A stretch of 64,000 nt of DNA, from positions 32,001-96,000 of IMG/VR virus record IMGVR_UViG_3300013006_000020; one strand, written 5' to 3'. Below are positions 1 to 10,933 of this stretch, one piece after another. Position numbers and translations under genes: made by a program. Origin of the DNA: a virus. Below the pieces are notes generated by a model. It made no database searches and was not told where the DNA came from. It worked only from the letters and a program-made list of their open reading frames with translations. Position 1 is the stretch's first letter. Each line of letters starts with the position of its first letter.

Positions 1-1
1 T

Positions 2-3000
2 TTACAAGAACTTAATCCATCGCGAAGGCTTCAAGCTGTAGCAAAACTTTTTCAGACACAGTTTGGTACTGAAACAGAAAAAGTATCAGCTATATCTCAA
101 TTTGTTGATGTCAGAAACGCCTCTCGTGTACTTGCCCTTTTTGAGGCGATAAATTCACAAGCCGAAAATCTAGAGAACACAGTAAACAAAGCCTCAGGAT
201 CTGTTCTTCGTGACGCAAAGACTCAGCTAGAAACAGTTGGAAAAGCATTAGAGAGGGCACAAGTTGCCCTTCAAGAGGCTGCGATTGGGCTTATTGACAA
301 TCCGTTCATAAAAGATATATTTAGATCTGGTGCTAATTTAGTCAGCGGTGCCATTGCTCCAGCTTTGAAAGCTACCGCACCAGTCGTAGGTCCAGCTGCT
401 GCAGCAACAGCAATATTCGCCCTTACCAACATTATTAAGGCTTCGTTCACCACGTATAGAGCGCTTATTAATAATAATAATAGATTGATTACTGGCCTTG
501 ATACAGTAAACCGTACGATATCGATACTTAATAATAACATAGCTGGTAGTCTTGGTGGTTCTTCAATTTCGCCTGGCGGTGCCGCTGGTGGCCGCGCTGG
601 TGGCGGCGCTGGTGGCGGAAAAGGTGGTCTTTTAAAGAGTACAATATTTTCGCCCCTAGGACAAGGAGCTGGTTTATTTCTTGCCTCCGCTGGTCTATCG
701 AAAATATCTGAAGTACTAACTAATCTTGAGGCCTCAAATGATCGACAAAGACTTGGGAACGAAGCAGTTGCAGCTGGAGTAAGTGTTGCTGGTGCTGGTC
801 TTGGTGGTGCTGGATTGGCTAGACTTTTTGGTCTTGGGGTGCGTGGAACAGCCGCTGGAGCCGCTGTTGGTGCTGGTCTTGAGATTATTAATCAGTTCAG
901 TCAAAAAAACCAACAATTAAGATTAAAGCAAGAGCAAAAAATCCAAGAGCAACAGTCTGCTAGACAAAATCTAACAGCTGAATTTATATCCACAGGAAAG
1001 ATAGCTCAAGGTGGAACCCCTACCTTTGGACCAAACATAGAACGGTTTTTCCTTGATAAAAATGGACTACCACAAAGAATAGACGCGTTAATATCTCTAA
1101 TAATTAAGAGAGAAGGAAATGTAACTGGCTCACTTGAAAATTTGGTTAGAAGATCTGATCCAAATTTAACGTCAGAAAAATTAGCAGAAACAGTCAAGGA
1201 TTTGGCTAGTCCTGAAGGTGGTGGCACTCAAGCCCTTGAATTGCTTCGCCAGTCATTAAAAAATGCTTTTGTAAGAGCGAGAAATCTTGGGTTAACAGGT
1301 GCTAAAGCAGACGAGTTTGTTAAAAAAGAGCTGCAGACATTACTTTCAAGACCATCAGAAGGTGTAATAGTACAAGGCGCTGAAATAGAAAAAGTATTTG
1401 GTGCTCTTGTTAAACAATTTGGCAGAGTAGGAAGGGCCTCACAAAATCTAGATGAGGTGCTTGATACGTACTCACAAAGTCTAGAGCTTTCTTCTGCAAA
1501 GATTTTTGCTTCTCTTGGTCAAGTTAATAGGTCATCGCAGCTTCGTCAAAACATAAGAGGTAGAAACGCTCTTGGGTCAGATGCCCTGTCTTCTGTATTT
1601 GGAACTAGCTCATTTACTCCAAGAGCAGCGGAGATTTCCCCATTTACATCTGACGCTTCGATGCTTCAGGGTTTTGGACTATCACCATTAGTCACACCAG
1701 CATTGCAGAAAAGCATAGATAAAATAAATACCTTGGCGGAACAGTTTAGGTCTGATAAGTTTGCTGGGGGCGCGCCACCACTTTTCGTTGCGCAACAAGC
1801 AGCATTGACTGCGTCACAGGCTGGTGATGAAACTACACAAGATCTTCGTGGTAGAGAATCTGAACTGCAAAAGCGTTTTGAGCAATTAGCTAAGTCTGGC
1901 GAGGCAAATGTTGGAGAAGCTTTACTAGGTATTGATAAATTAAGAGAGGCAAGAATAAGTTCTATTAATGAGCTTATTAAAGAGCAAAACGAATATTTAA
2001 AAGATGCCGTAGCTCTTTCTGATCTAGCAAACCAGAAAAGATTCCAACAGCTTGATGCACAAAAGCAAATAGTTGCCACACAAGATTCAATAAAAAGACA
2101 ATTGCTTGAGATAGATCGTGCGAGTGGAAATATTAACGAGAAGCAATTCCAAGCTGGTGTTCGTGCTATTAAACCACAGCTTCCTGGTGTTGCTACAGGG
2201 CTGTTGACTGGTGGACCTGGAGGATTTGCAGGACTTGGTGGTGTTCTTGCAGATGTTCAAAGGGCCTTTGCTAACTTTTCCGATAATATCTCTAGAGGTA
2301 ATTTTGCCCCTGGAAACAGGACTGGGTCCGCAAGCTCACCAGGTGCCTTTGGTTCTTTTATTAATAGTATAATACAGTCAAATAAATTAGCTGTTGGTAC
2401 AGTAAATGTAGCAGAAACAGACCCAAATAAGCTCATATCAGATGTCACAAGAGCCTTTAACGAAACTAAAGCTCTCATACCAAGACTTTTCGATGAGTTT
2501 GGAAACTATCTAGATGCTTCTAGACAAGGCGTACTTGAGCAAATTCAAATAGTTCAAGGTCAATTGCAGGCGAGTCTTGGTTTTAGCAAGGATATTGTAA
2601 GTAAGGCATTTGGTGGAACACCAGATGATCAAGCCCTTGCGCGACAAGAAATTGAAAAAAACCGAGATAACCTTAGAAGGCTGGCTTCTGAATTGCAAGG
2701 TGCTGGTTTTAAACCAGCAGATCTTACCCCAGAAAAAATAGTAAATAATCCAGCTCTTCAAGCAATTGCAGAAGATTTTGCTCGTAGGATTGGTGCAACT
2801 GGAGATTTCCTTGGAACTACTGGTTTAGCTCAAGGCGCTGGCAGCGCTACATTACAAGGCTTTGCTTTTACAGGCAATCAACTTAGTGATGTATTAAACT
2901 TCGGTCAGAATCTTGTGCCAAGCTTAACAGGTTTCAATACTGGAATAAAAGACAGCTTTAATGAAATAACAAAACTAAAAGCAGAGCTTACAAGTATTGG

Positions 3001-3304
3001 CCAATCTCAAATAGATCTGCAAAAAGAATCAATTAAAGTTATACAAGAACAAACTTCGCTAGTTCAGAAAACCGCAGATACTCTTGCAAAAGCCCTAGAG
3101 GGTGTTCCAGATACAATAACCTTTAAGTTTGAAGGCTTAAGCGATATTAATCTTAAATTTAACCTATCTAGTGCCGAACAGGATATCCAAAATATCAAAA
3201 ATGTTGTTGCTGTACAAGTAAGTGAGTATATCAAAAACGCACTTAATACAGCCGGCTTTAATATATCTTCATTTGTCTTCCCAGTAGCCCCACCAGCAAA
3301 GTAA
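2..3304 (+). CDS. Tail tape measure protein (5'-truncated; frame open from nt 2)
   Basis: Frame reads LQELNPSRRLQAVAKLF... without a stop into the 365..3304 ORF; >1100 aa, Ala/Gly/Gln-rich helical, followed by tail-like genes. Confidence 0.8.
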   Translation, partial: LQELNPSRRLQAVAKLFQTQFGTETEKVSAISQFVDVRNASRVLALFEAINSQAENLENTVNKASGSVLRDAKTQLETVGKALERAQVALQEAAIGLIDNPFIKDIFRSGANLVSGAIAPALKATAPVVGPAAAATAIFALTNIIKASFTTYRALINNNNRLITGLDTVNRTISILNNNIAGSLGGSSISPGGAAGGRAGGGAGGGKGGLLKSTIFSPLGQGAGLFLASAGLSKISEVLTNLEASNDRQRLGNEAVAAGVSVAGAGLGGAGLARLFGLGVRGTAAGAAVGAGLEIINQFSQKNQQLRLKQEQKIQEQQSARQNLTAEFISTGKIAQGGTPTFGPNIERFFLDKNGLPQRIDALISLIIKREGNVTGSLENLVRRSDPNLTSEKLAETVKDLASPEGGGTQALELLRQSLKNAFVRARNLGLTGAKADEFVKKELQTLLSRPSEGVIVQGAEIEKVFGALVKQFGRVGRASQNLDEVLDTYSQSLELSSAKIFASLGQVNRSSQLRQNIRGRNALGSDALSSVFGTSSFTPRAAEISPFTSDASMLQGFGLSPLVTPALQKSIDKINTLAEQFRSDKFAGGAPPLFVAQQAALTASQAGDETTQDLRGRESELQKRFEQLAKSGEANVGEALLGIDKLREARISSINELIKEQNEYLKDAVALSDLANQKRFQQLDAQKQIVATQDSIKRQLLEIDRASGNINEKQFQAGVRAIKPQLPGVATGLLTGGPGGFAGLGGVLADVQRAFANFSDNISRGNFAPGNRTGSASSPGAFGSFINSIIQSNKLAVGTVNVAETDPNKLISDVTRAFNETKALIPRLFDEFGNYLDASRQGVLEQIQIVQGQLQASLGFSKDIVSKAFGGTPDDQALARQEIEKNRDNLRRLASELQGAGFKPADLTPEKIVNNPALQAIAEDFARRIGATGDFLGTTGLAQGAGSATLQGFAFTGNQLSDVLNFGQNLVPSLTGFNTGIKDSFNEITKLKAELTSIGQSQIDLQKESIKVIQEQTSLVQKTADTLAKALEGVPDTITFKFEGLSDINLKFNLSSAEQDIQNIKNVVAVQVSEYIKNALNTAGFNISSFVFPVAPPAK

Positions 3305-3305
3305 A

Positions 3306-3908
3306 ATGACAATACAGAGCACAACAATCGCCAACCTGATTACCTATGGCGCTTACGGTGTCTCTAGTGGTACTGCAACTATATTTGCCTCTGGCTCTCC
3401 TGGTTTAAGCATAGGCGCCATGCCTATGTACATTGGCACTGTTGAAACACCAGCAACGGGCACCGCCACACTTTTTCTTTCCGCAATGGATCAGTGTGGC
3501 ATTTGGAATGGCGGACTGAGACAGCAGTGGGAAACATACAATAGCTCAGTACTAGAGCAATGGCAAGTAATACCTTCTAGCTGCACTCAGGGTGCGTATA
3601 TAACAAAGTCCACATCTGTTTTTATGTCTGGCACAAGTACAGGAAATTACAATGTACAAATGCCGTTGTTCTTGTACGCTAGTGGAGATGGCATTATCAC
3701 TAGTTCAACTACTGCTTTTATGTACGCGCCAGCCTTTCAAAGCGCTACTGGAACTGTATTTATTGGAGGATATGGTGTTGCTACTGGAGTTACAACAATA
3801 GCAATTTCAGGTGAATATGCTAGCTCTACAGGCACAGCAACCGCATTTATAGGTGGCCTTGAGGTATCAACTCTTGAGGTAGAACTTTATATTTCTGGTA
3901 TAGAATGA
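3306..3908 (+). CDS. Putative virion structural protein (Thr/Gly/Ser-rich beta repeats)
   Basis: Repeated T-x-T-x-F-I-x-G units; directly after tape measure. Confidence 0.55.
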   Translation: MTIQSTTIANLITYGAYGVSSGTATIFASGSPGLSIGAMPMYIGTVETPATGTATLFLSAMDQCGIWNGGLRQQWETYNSSVLEQWQVIPSSCTQGAYITKSTSVFMSGTSTGNYNVQMPLFLYASGDGIITSSTTAFMYAPAFQSATGTVFIGGYGVATGVTTIAISGEYASSTGTATAFIGGLEVSTLEVELYISGIE

Positions 3909-3909
3909 G

Positions 3910-3923
3910 GTGTATAAAATAAT
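3910..3923 (+). promoter_or_regulatory. GTGTAT promoter-like motif
   Basis: GTGTATAAAATAAT, 14 nt before ATG 3924. Confidence 0.6.
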
Positions 3924-4763
3924 ATGGGAACTTCATTTTTAGGACAAACTCCAAGTCAAACATATAAAGATATACTCCAGATATCTAATTCCAATAACGG
4001 CATGCCCACAACACTGCGCGCCGTTTCCGCTGGTAATGGAACTGACTCAGCTCTTCAAATATGCACCACTGGAATTGATGTAAATGGGGTTCTTTCAATT
4101 AGCGGCACCCGCTTAACAGCAACAGCAGCACAGTTAAATAAAATTAATATAAACGGATCAGATGGTGAGGTCGAATCCAACAGAGCCATTGTTGCTGGCT
4201 CTAATCGCGATGTTGCTTTTAACGGAGGAATTATAAGCATGGCTGGGTCTGGATTGTACCAAAATGGAACAATTAGAAATCTAGCCATTGAAAGCTTTGC
4301 GTTTGCTGGGTATCAAGTAAGCTCTACTGGATCTACTGCTACAGGATCTTTTGTTATTTATCCAGCAAGCGGTAGCACACAAAAAGTAATCCTTAATCAG
4401 CCACTAACCCAAGTATCAATTGCAAAATCACCTTTTCAAGATCAAGACGCAAGCGGAACCACAGGTCTTCCGTCCACGTACATGCGTGATTATAGGGTAA
4501 CTTTATTTACAGTTCAGGATGCGGCTGGTAATAGAGAGGTTGATTTTAATGCTTCTATTATTTGGCCAAGAGAACAATGGGCTAGCGGATACTCAAAACC
4601 TCGAATTAATTACCCAGTAACAGCAACAGGAACACAGATTGATGGATTTGAGTTTTATAGTTTTGATTATGGCACTACATGGTATGGAAATAAAATAATT
4701 TCTTCTATGGCAGGATCAAGTGCAGGACCATTAGACTCTATAATTGATGGTGGGACATATTAA
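3924..4763 (+). CDS. Tail fibre/baseplate-associated protein
   Basis: N-term GQTPSQTYKDILQI and C-term QDAAGNREVDF..IIWP and IIDGGTY motifs typical of phage fibre proteins. Confidence 0.55.
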   Translation: MGTSFLGQTPSQTYKDILQISNSNNGMPTTLRAVSAGNGTDSALQICTTGIDVNGVLSISGTRLTATAAQLNKININGSDGEVESNRAIVAGSNRDVAFNGGIISMAGSGLYQNGTIRNLAIESFAFAGYQVSSTGSTATGSFVIYPASGSTQKVILNQPLTQVSIAKSPFQDQDASGTTGLPSTYMRDYRVTLFTVQDAAGNREVDFNASIIWPREQWASGYSKPRINYPVTATGTQIDGFEFYSFDYGTTWYGNKIISSMAGSSAGPLDSIIDGGTY

Positions 4764-4774
4764 GGTAGGAACAA

Positions 4775-6352
4775 ATGGCAATAGTACTATATAACGGTAA
4801 ATATATTACCCCAGCACCGCTTTACAGCCTTTCCGAAAGCTTCACACGAACCTCGGATGGCACTGTACTATCATCACAATTTGAAATAACATTAAACGGC
4901 ACTCTTTTACCCGACAGAGGATCTCCAGGTCCGACAGGGCAACTTTTCACAACTTTTGCCACCGCAAATGCTGTTGATACATCCATAAACACAGACGATA
5001 AAAGATTTGGATCACTTGTAAAGAAGCAAAGAGCTTTAAGAGATCTTTTTACTATAAACCCAGGTGAGCCTGATACTGGAACTACAGCCGTAAAGAATGC
5101 AACAGAATATCTTCTCGAAATAAAAACTGATGATGGAACAACAACAGTTTTAAAATGTAAACCTCAAATAGCCAGCGTTTCTTTTGCTGATTCAATCCAT
5201 GTAATTAGGACTGACTATACAATAAGCGTTGTAACGAATGAAATTTTAATAGACGGATTTAATCCAGTAAATCCAACATTCTCTCAATTTGACGGATATA
5301 ACCTCAAATCAGCATCAGATTCGATAACTGTTTCTTCTGATAACGATTTTGAAAATTCTTATTCTGTAAATAGAACAGTATCCGCACAGTCATACAAGGC
5401 ATTTGCTACAGAATATGCAGCAACAGGAAACTATGCCCCGTTTTCAAAAGCTCAGGAATGGGTGGCTAAAAGAGTTTCTCAGACTGGTCTTATTAGCCCA
5501 ATAACTTTCTATAGTTTGTATTCACCCAAGTCTGGATATGAATACGTTGGTCACCAAACATCGGAGCAAATGGACCAGATTGGTGGTTCATATTCAATAC
5601 AGCAGTCTTGGAAATTTATAAAGACAACTACAAGCGGTGTGCAAGATGACTTTAATATAACAATGACATCTAGAGCTAGTGGACCAAATTCAATAAGCCG
5701 ATCTCATGGATACGATAAAGTATTTAGAGTTGCTGGTGCCATAAAGGGCATTGCCCCTGGTGCAACCGGATATCAAAAATCAAAAGACTATTTTGAAAAC
5801 ATTATTGCCGCAAATAATTTTGCCATCCTAAAGACTCGTATTACCGAAACAGGATCATTAACTAATCCGTATGTGACAGGATCAAGTTATATTTATGGAC
5901 CTTATGGGATGACGATTTCAGAGAATCGTCGTTCTGGTACTGTTAATTACGAAGGAGAATTCAAAGAAAAAACAATTGATCTTACCAGCACCTCCTTTAT
6001 TGATTTTGATGTGAATGTAAGTCAAAACACAAAAGAAAATTTTGTTGCAGAAATACCAGTTCCAGGAAGGACGGCTGGTCCTGTTATCCAAGATATAAAA
6101 ACCACAAACACAACGAAAAGAAACATCTCTGCTAGTTTTGTGATTGGCACAGGTACAAAAGCTGACTTTGATTCTGTAGAAACATATAGAACACAAGCCA
6201 AAACAGTCCTAAGTACATTAAAAGTCTATCCCACAGGAACCCAAGGTACACATTACTGGTTAACATCATTTAATGAATCTGTTGATATCTTTAAAGGAAC
6301 ATATTCTTTTAATGCTACAACTCTCACACCGGGTGATGGGGGCGCTTTATAA
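4775..6352 (+). CDS. Putative tail/baseplate structural protein
   Basis: 525 aa, beta-rich S/T composition, tail module position. Confidence 0.55.
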   Translation: MAIVLYNGKYITPAPLYSLSESFTRTSDGTVLSSQFEITLNGTLLPDRGSPGPTGQLFTTFATANAVDTSINTDDKRFGSLVKKQRALRDLFTINPGEPDTGTTAVKNATEYLLEIKTDDGTTTVLKCKPQIASVSFADSIHVIRTDYTISVVTNEILIDGFNPVNPTFSQFDGYNLKSASDSITVSSDNDFENSYSVNRTVSAQSYKAFATEYAATGNYAPFSKAQEWVAKRVSQTGLISPITFYSLYSPKSGYEYVGHQTSEQMDQIGGSYSIQQSWKFIKTTTSGVQDDFNITMTSRASGPNSISRSHGYDKVFRVAGAIKGIAPGATGYQKSKDYFENIIAANNFAILKTRITETGSLTNPYVTGSSYIYGPYGMTISENRRSGTVNYEGEFKEKTIDLTSTSFIDFDVNVSQNTKENFVAEIPVPGRTAGPVIQDIKTTNTTKRNISASFVIGTGTKADFDSVETYRTQAKTVLSTLKVYPTGTQGTHYWLTSFNESVDIFKGTYSFNATTLTPGDGGAL

Positions 6353-9300
6353 TGCCAGCAGACTCAACTATAGGATCACCAATAAAATTTCTTGGTTGTT
6401 CAGTTGTTAGCTTTAGTTGCACTCTTGGATTTAATGGATCGTCTTCAACACTTGATGTACAGTTGGTAGAAGACAATGGTGAAAGTTTTACTGGACATGG
6501 AACTCTTAATTATTCAAGCACAGAATCAGATCTAATTAAATCCATCAAAGGAGGTTCTGAATTTCTGTCAGGTAATCCAGGTAGCTATCATCTTTTTAAA
6601 AATGGAAATTTTAAATTTGGTGGCATAGTAACTTCTTGGAGAAGAACGCATTCACCATCAGGAAGATTAATAAATGTACAACTTACTGACCCAAGATCCA
6701 TACTTAAAGACATTCCAGTAATCACCGATCACTGCCCAGCTTTTAATAGCGGAGTAACCCAATGGGATGGGTACAACGTAGTAACACCACTTAATACATT
6801 TGCTAATGCTGTTGCGGCAAACTGGACTACTGATGGAATGATTTGGCGCAATATTTTGGACACAAGACTTCAGCAGCCAAAATATAATTTTTATGGCAAA
6901 GAATACAAGATAGCTTTTGACGACACATTTACTCTTAGAATTCCAGTAAATTACAGAGTTCAAATACAAAATGCAAGCGTAGAAGATTTTATCAATCGCG
7001 TTGCCAAAGATAATAATATTGATTGGTATGCCGTTTGTATTTCTGAAGAATCAGATTTAAAAATAATATCTATTCGCGGAATAAGCAGAGTAAACCAATA
7101 CGCTCTTACAAATGATTCAATAAACACATTTATAAGCTCCCTTTCAGATAAGCTTTCATCGTATGAAGTTGGTAGAGAGTTAAGATCAGATCCAACTAAG
7201 GCAATATTTATTGGAGATAACAAGCGAACGCTTCAAATCAATACAGATTTAAGTCAGGTTTATCACATTGGTGGTGATGGATACATATGCGATCAGCCAT
7301 TTATTGATCTATCATCAATACATTCAGAATCTTCATCTTTGATTGCTGATTTGCCAACCGTAACACTAGGAGCAATAAGATCCACAAAAACAAATGGTGC
7401 TGTTACTGGTTCCACAGTTGGAAACCCAACAACTAACAAAAACAAATCAGCAGTAACCAAAAAGGGTTATATTGCTACGGAAAGAATACTTCGCGCCGCC
7501 TTGCACAGCAAAGAATCTTGGGCCACAGCGATTTGGTACGCTTTTAGAAATATATATACTGATGGAATTACATATACAACTTATAGCAGCTTCCACAAAA
7601 ACAAATTTATAGCTGGTACACACGGAGGTGTTGAACAAACAATACCATTTGGTACTTTAAATTCAATACCTCTTAAAATGGGTATTTACTCACCACCATT
7701 CAATAGAGATGCGCCGTCATTCTCCGATGTACCCACTACGTTTGTAATCGGCTATATTCCAAGTCCACAAACAGAAGCACTAAAAGAAGCTTGCTACCAA
7801 GCAACCCTTAGGGTCGCTCAAGAATATTATGGAAAGGTGTTTGTTGGATTTATAGGTGACGATCCAGCTTTTACATCTATAACTGGTTCTGATACGGGAG
7901 GCGATCAAGGATCATATACATATTCTGGAAAAAAAATACCGCTTACATATGAAATTTGCGATGCTGCCCCAGACCTAAGGGATCCACAAAACGATTCACT
8001 TGTTCAAAGTTTATACGGTCTGCATCTTAATACAGACTCTGGTGCGTTTAAAAACGAACAGGGTTTATTTAGACAATATTGTGAAATAGACTTTGGGACC
8101 CTGTCAACAAACAGACCTGGAGCAAAATTAGAAAATTTAGATCCAGCTTCGTATTTAAAAATAAATAGAGCAAACACTTCATTTCCTGCAGACACATCCA
8201 ATTGTTACTTATTAAGATCTGACGTTTCTATTGAGCAATATAAATTTGATCCTAGATATTTTATTGCAACAATAAACGAGCCATTCCATGTTGGATTTGA
8301 TCCGTTTCGAGTTTGTTCTTTTACAGTTTACTCTTACTCTAATGATCAGACAACCATAGAGGGAAATCCACGACTGCTAGGCACCACTAAAACTGTTGAT
8401 TCAACATTTAATGCGATACCATCGTTGACAACTAAAAAAGACAAAAGTATAGGCACTCAAGAATTTTTAGCCTGGATATACAGTGATTACACTATTAGTG
8501 CCGTTACAGATGATATAATACCTTCCACTAAGGTAATTTCAGCCAAAAAATATATGGAGATGATTAATAGTTCATCTAAAATTTGGCAAGAAAAAATAGG
8601 TTTAGCCGAAAGACGATACACTCCTGCAATGGGTGCTGGATTTAAAGTTGCTATTCCATTAAAATGGAGATTTTTAAAGTATGGACCATTTGTTGGTACT
8701 AACACCAATATAAACTACAATTTACGACCAACACAGGTTATTGAAGATACTAGTCTTTCCCCATGGACTTATGGAAACATTGGCAATATGAATTCTGCTG
8801 GTAATATTCTTGCTGACAATTCTTCTGGACAGGTCTCGACTGTTGGATATGCCTCTATAACCGTGGCTGGATTGCCAGAGTATTCAATTGGTTATGAAAT
8901 ATCATCTGGTGGTGCTGTTGTTTCAAATCTAGCCGATATATCTCTATCATATGGCAGCAGCGGCTTTACCACAACATATAGGTTTAAAACCTTCTTTGGT
9001 CCAACTGGTTTCAGAAGAAAGCAAGAAATAGATTCTGAAAGATCCAATACTTTTAGGCTCGCTGATGCAAAGAAAGAGTTCATAAAGCTAGATTCAATAG
9101 TTAAAGATTATCAACCAGATTCAGGTAAAAAGTTTATCTATATCGATAGATCAAAATCGACACCAGCAACAGTGATAACTACAGGTCAGGATAAAAATAC
9201 TTCAGTCGATACAAGCTATCTAATGTGCAGTACATCGCCAGGAGCAGAAAAGCCCAATGTTTCTCTCATCTCAGGTGGTGCAATCAAAGAAATGGTAAAC

Positions 9301-9549
9301 GCTGATGTTAATGGCACATACATTGCATCTGCTTACGCTGGATTAAGTGAGATTTTTACACCAGTTGGGGGTGACTTACCTGAAAACCTAAGAGCATCTA
9401 ACACTATAATACCGAGTATACATGGTATACCGATTGGTGGCGGTGTAGCATTTACATCAACAGCCGCACCAGCATCAGTGGAATCTAAATATATACCAGT
9501 GTTTGAGGCTAAGGAATTTGAGGGAGAGGTATCTCTACCAAAGGCATAA
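6352..9549 (+). CDS. Putative tail-tip/baseplate hub protein
   Basis: 1065 aa; N-term FLGCSVVSFS..LG...SSTLDVQLVED, INVQLTDPR; C-term ISLSYGSSGFTTTY, hub-like. Confidence 0.6.
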   Translation: MPADSTIGSPIKFLGCSVVSFSCTLGFNGSSSTLDVQLVEDNGESFTGHGTLNYSSTESDLIKSIKGGSEFLSGNPGSYHLFKNGNFKFGGIVTSWRRTHSPSGRLINVQLTDPRSILKDIPVITDHCPAFNSGVTQWDGYNVVTPLNTFANAVAANWTTDGMIWRNILDTRLQQPKYNFYGKEYKIAFDDTFTLRIPVNYRVQIQNASVEDFINRVAKDNNIDWYAVCISEESDLKIISIRGISRVNQYALTNDSINTFISSLSDKLSSYEVGRELRSDPTKAIFIGDNKRTLQINTDLSQVYHIGGDGYICDQPFIDLSSIHSESSSLIADLPTVTLGAIRSTKTNGAVTGSTVGNPTTNKNKSAVTKKGYIATERILRAALHSKESWATAIWYAFRNIYTDGITYTTYSSFHKNKFIAGTHGGVEQTIPFGTLNSIPLKMGIYSPPFNRDAPSFSDVPTTFVIGYIPSPQTEALKEACYQATLRVAQEYYGKVFVGFIGDDPAFTSITGSDTGGDQGSYTYSGKKIPLTYEICDAAPDLRDPQNDSLVQSLYGLHLNTDSGAFKNEQGLFRQYCEIDFGTLSTNRPGAKLENLDPASYLKINRANTSFPADTSNCYLLRSDVSIEQYKFDPRYFIATINEPFHVGFDPFRVCSFTVYSYSNDQTTIEGNPRLLGTTKTVDSTFNAIPSLTTKKDKSIGTQEFLAWIYSDYTISAVTDDIIPSTKVISAKKYMEMINSSSKIWQEKIGLAERRYTPAMGAGFKVAIPLKWRFLKYGPFVGTNTNINYNLRPTQVIEDTSLSPWTYGNIGNMNSAGNILADNSSGQVSTVGYASITVAGLPEYSIGYEISSGGAVVSNLADISLSYGSSGFTTTYRFKTFFGPTGFRRKQEIDSERSNTFRLADAKKEFIKLDSIVKDYQPDSGKKFIYIDRSKSTPATVITTGQDKNTSVDTSYLMCSTSPGAEKPNVSLISGGAIKEMVNADVNGTYIASAYAGLSEIFTPVGGDLPENLRASNTIIPSIHGIPIGGGVAFTSTAAPASVESKYIPVFEAKEFEGEVSLPKA

Positions 9550-9550
9550 A

Positions 9551-10927
9551 ATGGAAATACCAAAAGATACACACGGATTAGTACCTGGCGACACTTCGTT
9601 CTCAAATCTAAGAAATAGGCCCGTCCCACAGGGAAATGCGCCTGGAACAATTAATCCATTTACAGCTAGATTTATTGGTTTAAGTGGGCCAGTAGCTATT
9701 GCTGGATGGGGATATGATATTTTTGGTCGCCCAGCCCCTGGTGCTGTTAACCTAGCCGAATTAAATGGAAGAGATGGGCAATCTAGAGACTATAGTCAAA
9801 CAAGATTTATAACTAAAGATGCTGGTGGGGCAAAATTTCCTCTTGGTGGAGAATCACTTCCCACACACCATGTCGGCGGTATGTTGGATGTAAGATACGA
9901 TCCGCGACACGGATTATGGAGAACCAATCATTTTTTCCTAGCTGAAATTACCGGAGTTGTTTCTACCGGAAATAGTATATTCTGTAATCGTTATGGTTGG
10001 CGTGAAATAGAAATTCATGAAATTAATCTTGCAGACCCAACAACAAAAAATTTTCCAATTAACACGTTTGAATTTCCATACCCAGCAAGATCATACGATG
10101 TCACTAATGGAATACAAAACTATGCAGTGAATCTAGCTGAAGCATCTGCAAATCAATACGACCGTATTTATCACAAAATACCATCTGGCACGATTGTACA
10201 GATGCGATCAATAAATGTTTTAAAAGCTAAGAATAGTAATGATCCTGTTCTTAATGATTATCAACCGTTGTATGTATTTGAACAAGCTGGATACAATAGT
10301 GTTTTCATAAAAATACTTGGATACGATGGCACTTATCCAGCAACGCTTTCTGAGTGGGATGCGTATCCAGTTGGTGATATAAACAATTACAATAGTGGTC
10401 GTATGCCCAATAGATGGATTTATCAGGGTGTAATAGTACAGTTTAGTGGTGGAAATTTTCAAGATAGTTCTTCTAGAGCAGGAATAACACCGTTTGGCGT
10501 CTTTGTAGAGGATGAATCAATACCATCTACGTATAGAAAAGTTCAATGTATAAATCTTATCGAGCTTGGAAACCCACCTGGCAAAAGAGGCATGATATGT
10601 CCTGGTGTTGTTACTGCTACAGGAAATTCAATAGCACCAAGTAATGTTTGGCCTAATGGTGTTCCGGGCAATATAACATTTACAGGTGGTACAAAGTCCG
10701 CATACCCCAAGGGTTTTGCCGTTCAACCAGTTTGCAGTGGAACAATTGTGGAGGCTCGTAGACTTCCAAATCCAAACGGTGTTGCAAATTACGGACCAAT
10801 ATATTATTTTCAAGTAGAAAACGCTCACGATGGTGGATGCGCAAGCGGAGTTTGGCCCTTCTACGGTCATACAACCCAAGCCCCAATGGAATATAGTTCT
10901 GCAAACGTTGTGAGACCTGGTGTATAA
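9551..10927 (+). CDS. Putative tail-tip/spike-associated protein
   Basis: ATG 9551 just after upstream TAA; GPVAIAGWGYD and LDVRYDPRHGLW motifs. Confidence 0.5.
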   Translation: MEIPKDTHGLVPGDTSFSNLRNRPVPQGNAPGTINPFTARFIGLSGPVAIAGWGYDIFGRPAPGAVNLAELNGRDGQSRDYSQTRFITKDAGGAKFPLGGESLPTHHVGGMLDVRYDPRHGLWRTNHFFLAEITGVVSTGNSIFCNRYGWREIEIHEINLADPTTKNFPINTFEFPYPARSYDVTNGIQNYAVNLAEASANQYDRIYHKIPSGTIVQMRSINVLKAKNSNDPVLNDYQPLYVFEQAGYNSVFIKILGYDGTYPATLSEWDAYPVGDINNYNSGRMPNRWIYQGVIVQFSGGNFQDSSSRAGITPFGVFVEDESIPSTYRKVQCINLIELGNPPGKRGMICPGVVTATGNSIAPSNVWPNGVPGNITFTGGTKSAYPKGFAVQPVCSGTIVEARRLPNPNGVANYGPIYYFQVENAHDGGCASGVWPFYGHTTQAPMEYSSANVVRPGV

Positions 10928-10933
10928 TACAAT
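10920..10933 (+). promoter_or_regulatory. GTGTAT promoter-like motif
   Basis: GTGTATAATACAAT, 14 nt before ATG 10934. Confidence 0.6.

Noticed and set aside
575-625. GC-rich GGT/GGC repeat
   Set aside because: Encodes a Gly/Ala linker inside the tape measure protein
9449-9550. Programmed +1 frameshift fusing the hub protein to the next ORF
   Set aside because: The downstream frame is open for about 100 nt of overlap, but I see no slippery site or stimulator and ATG 9551 follows the stop directly
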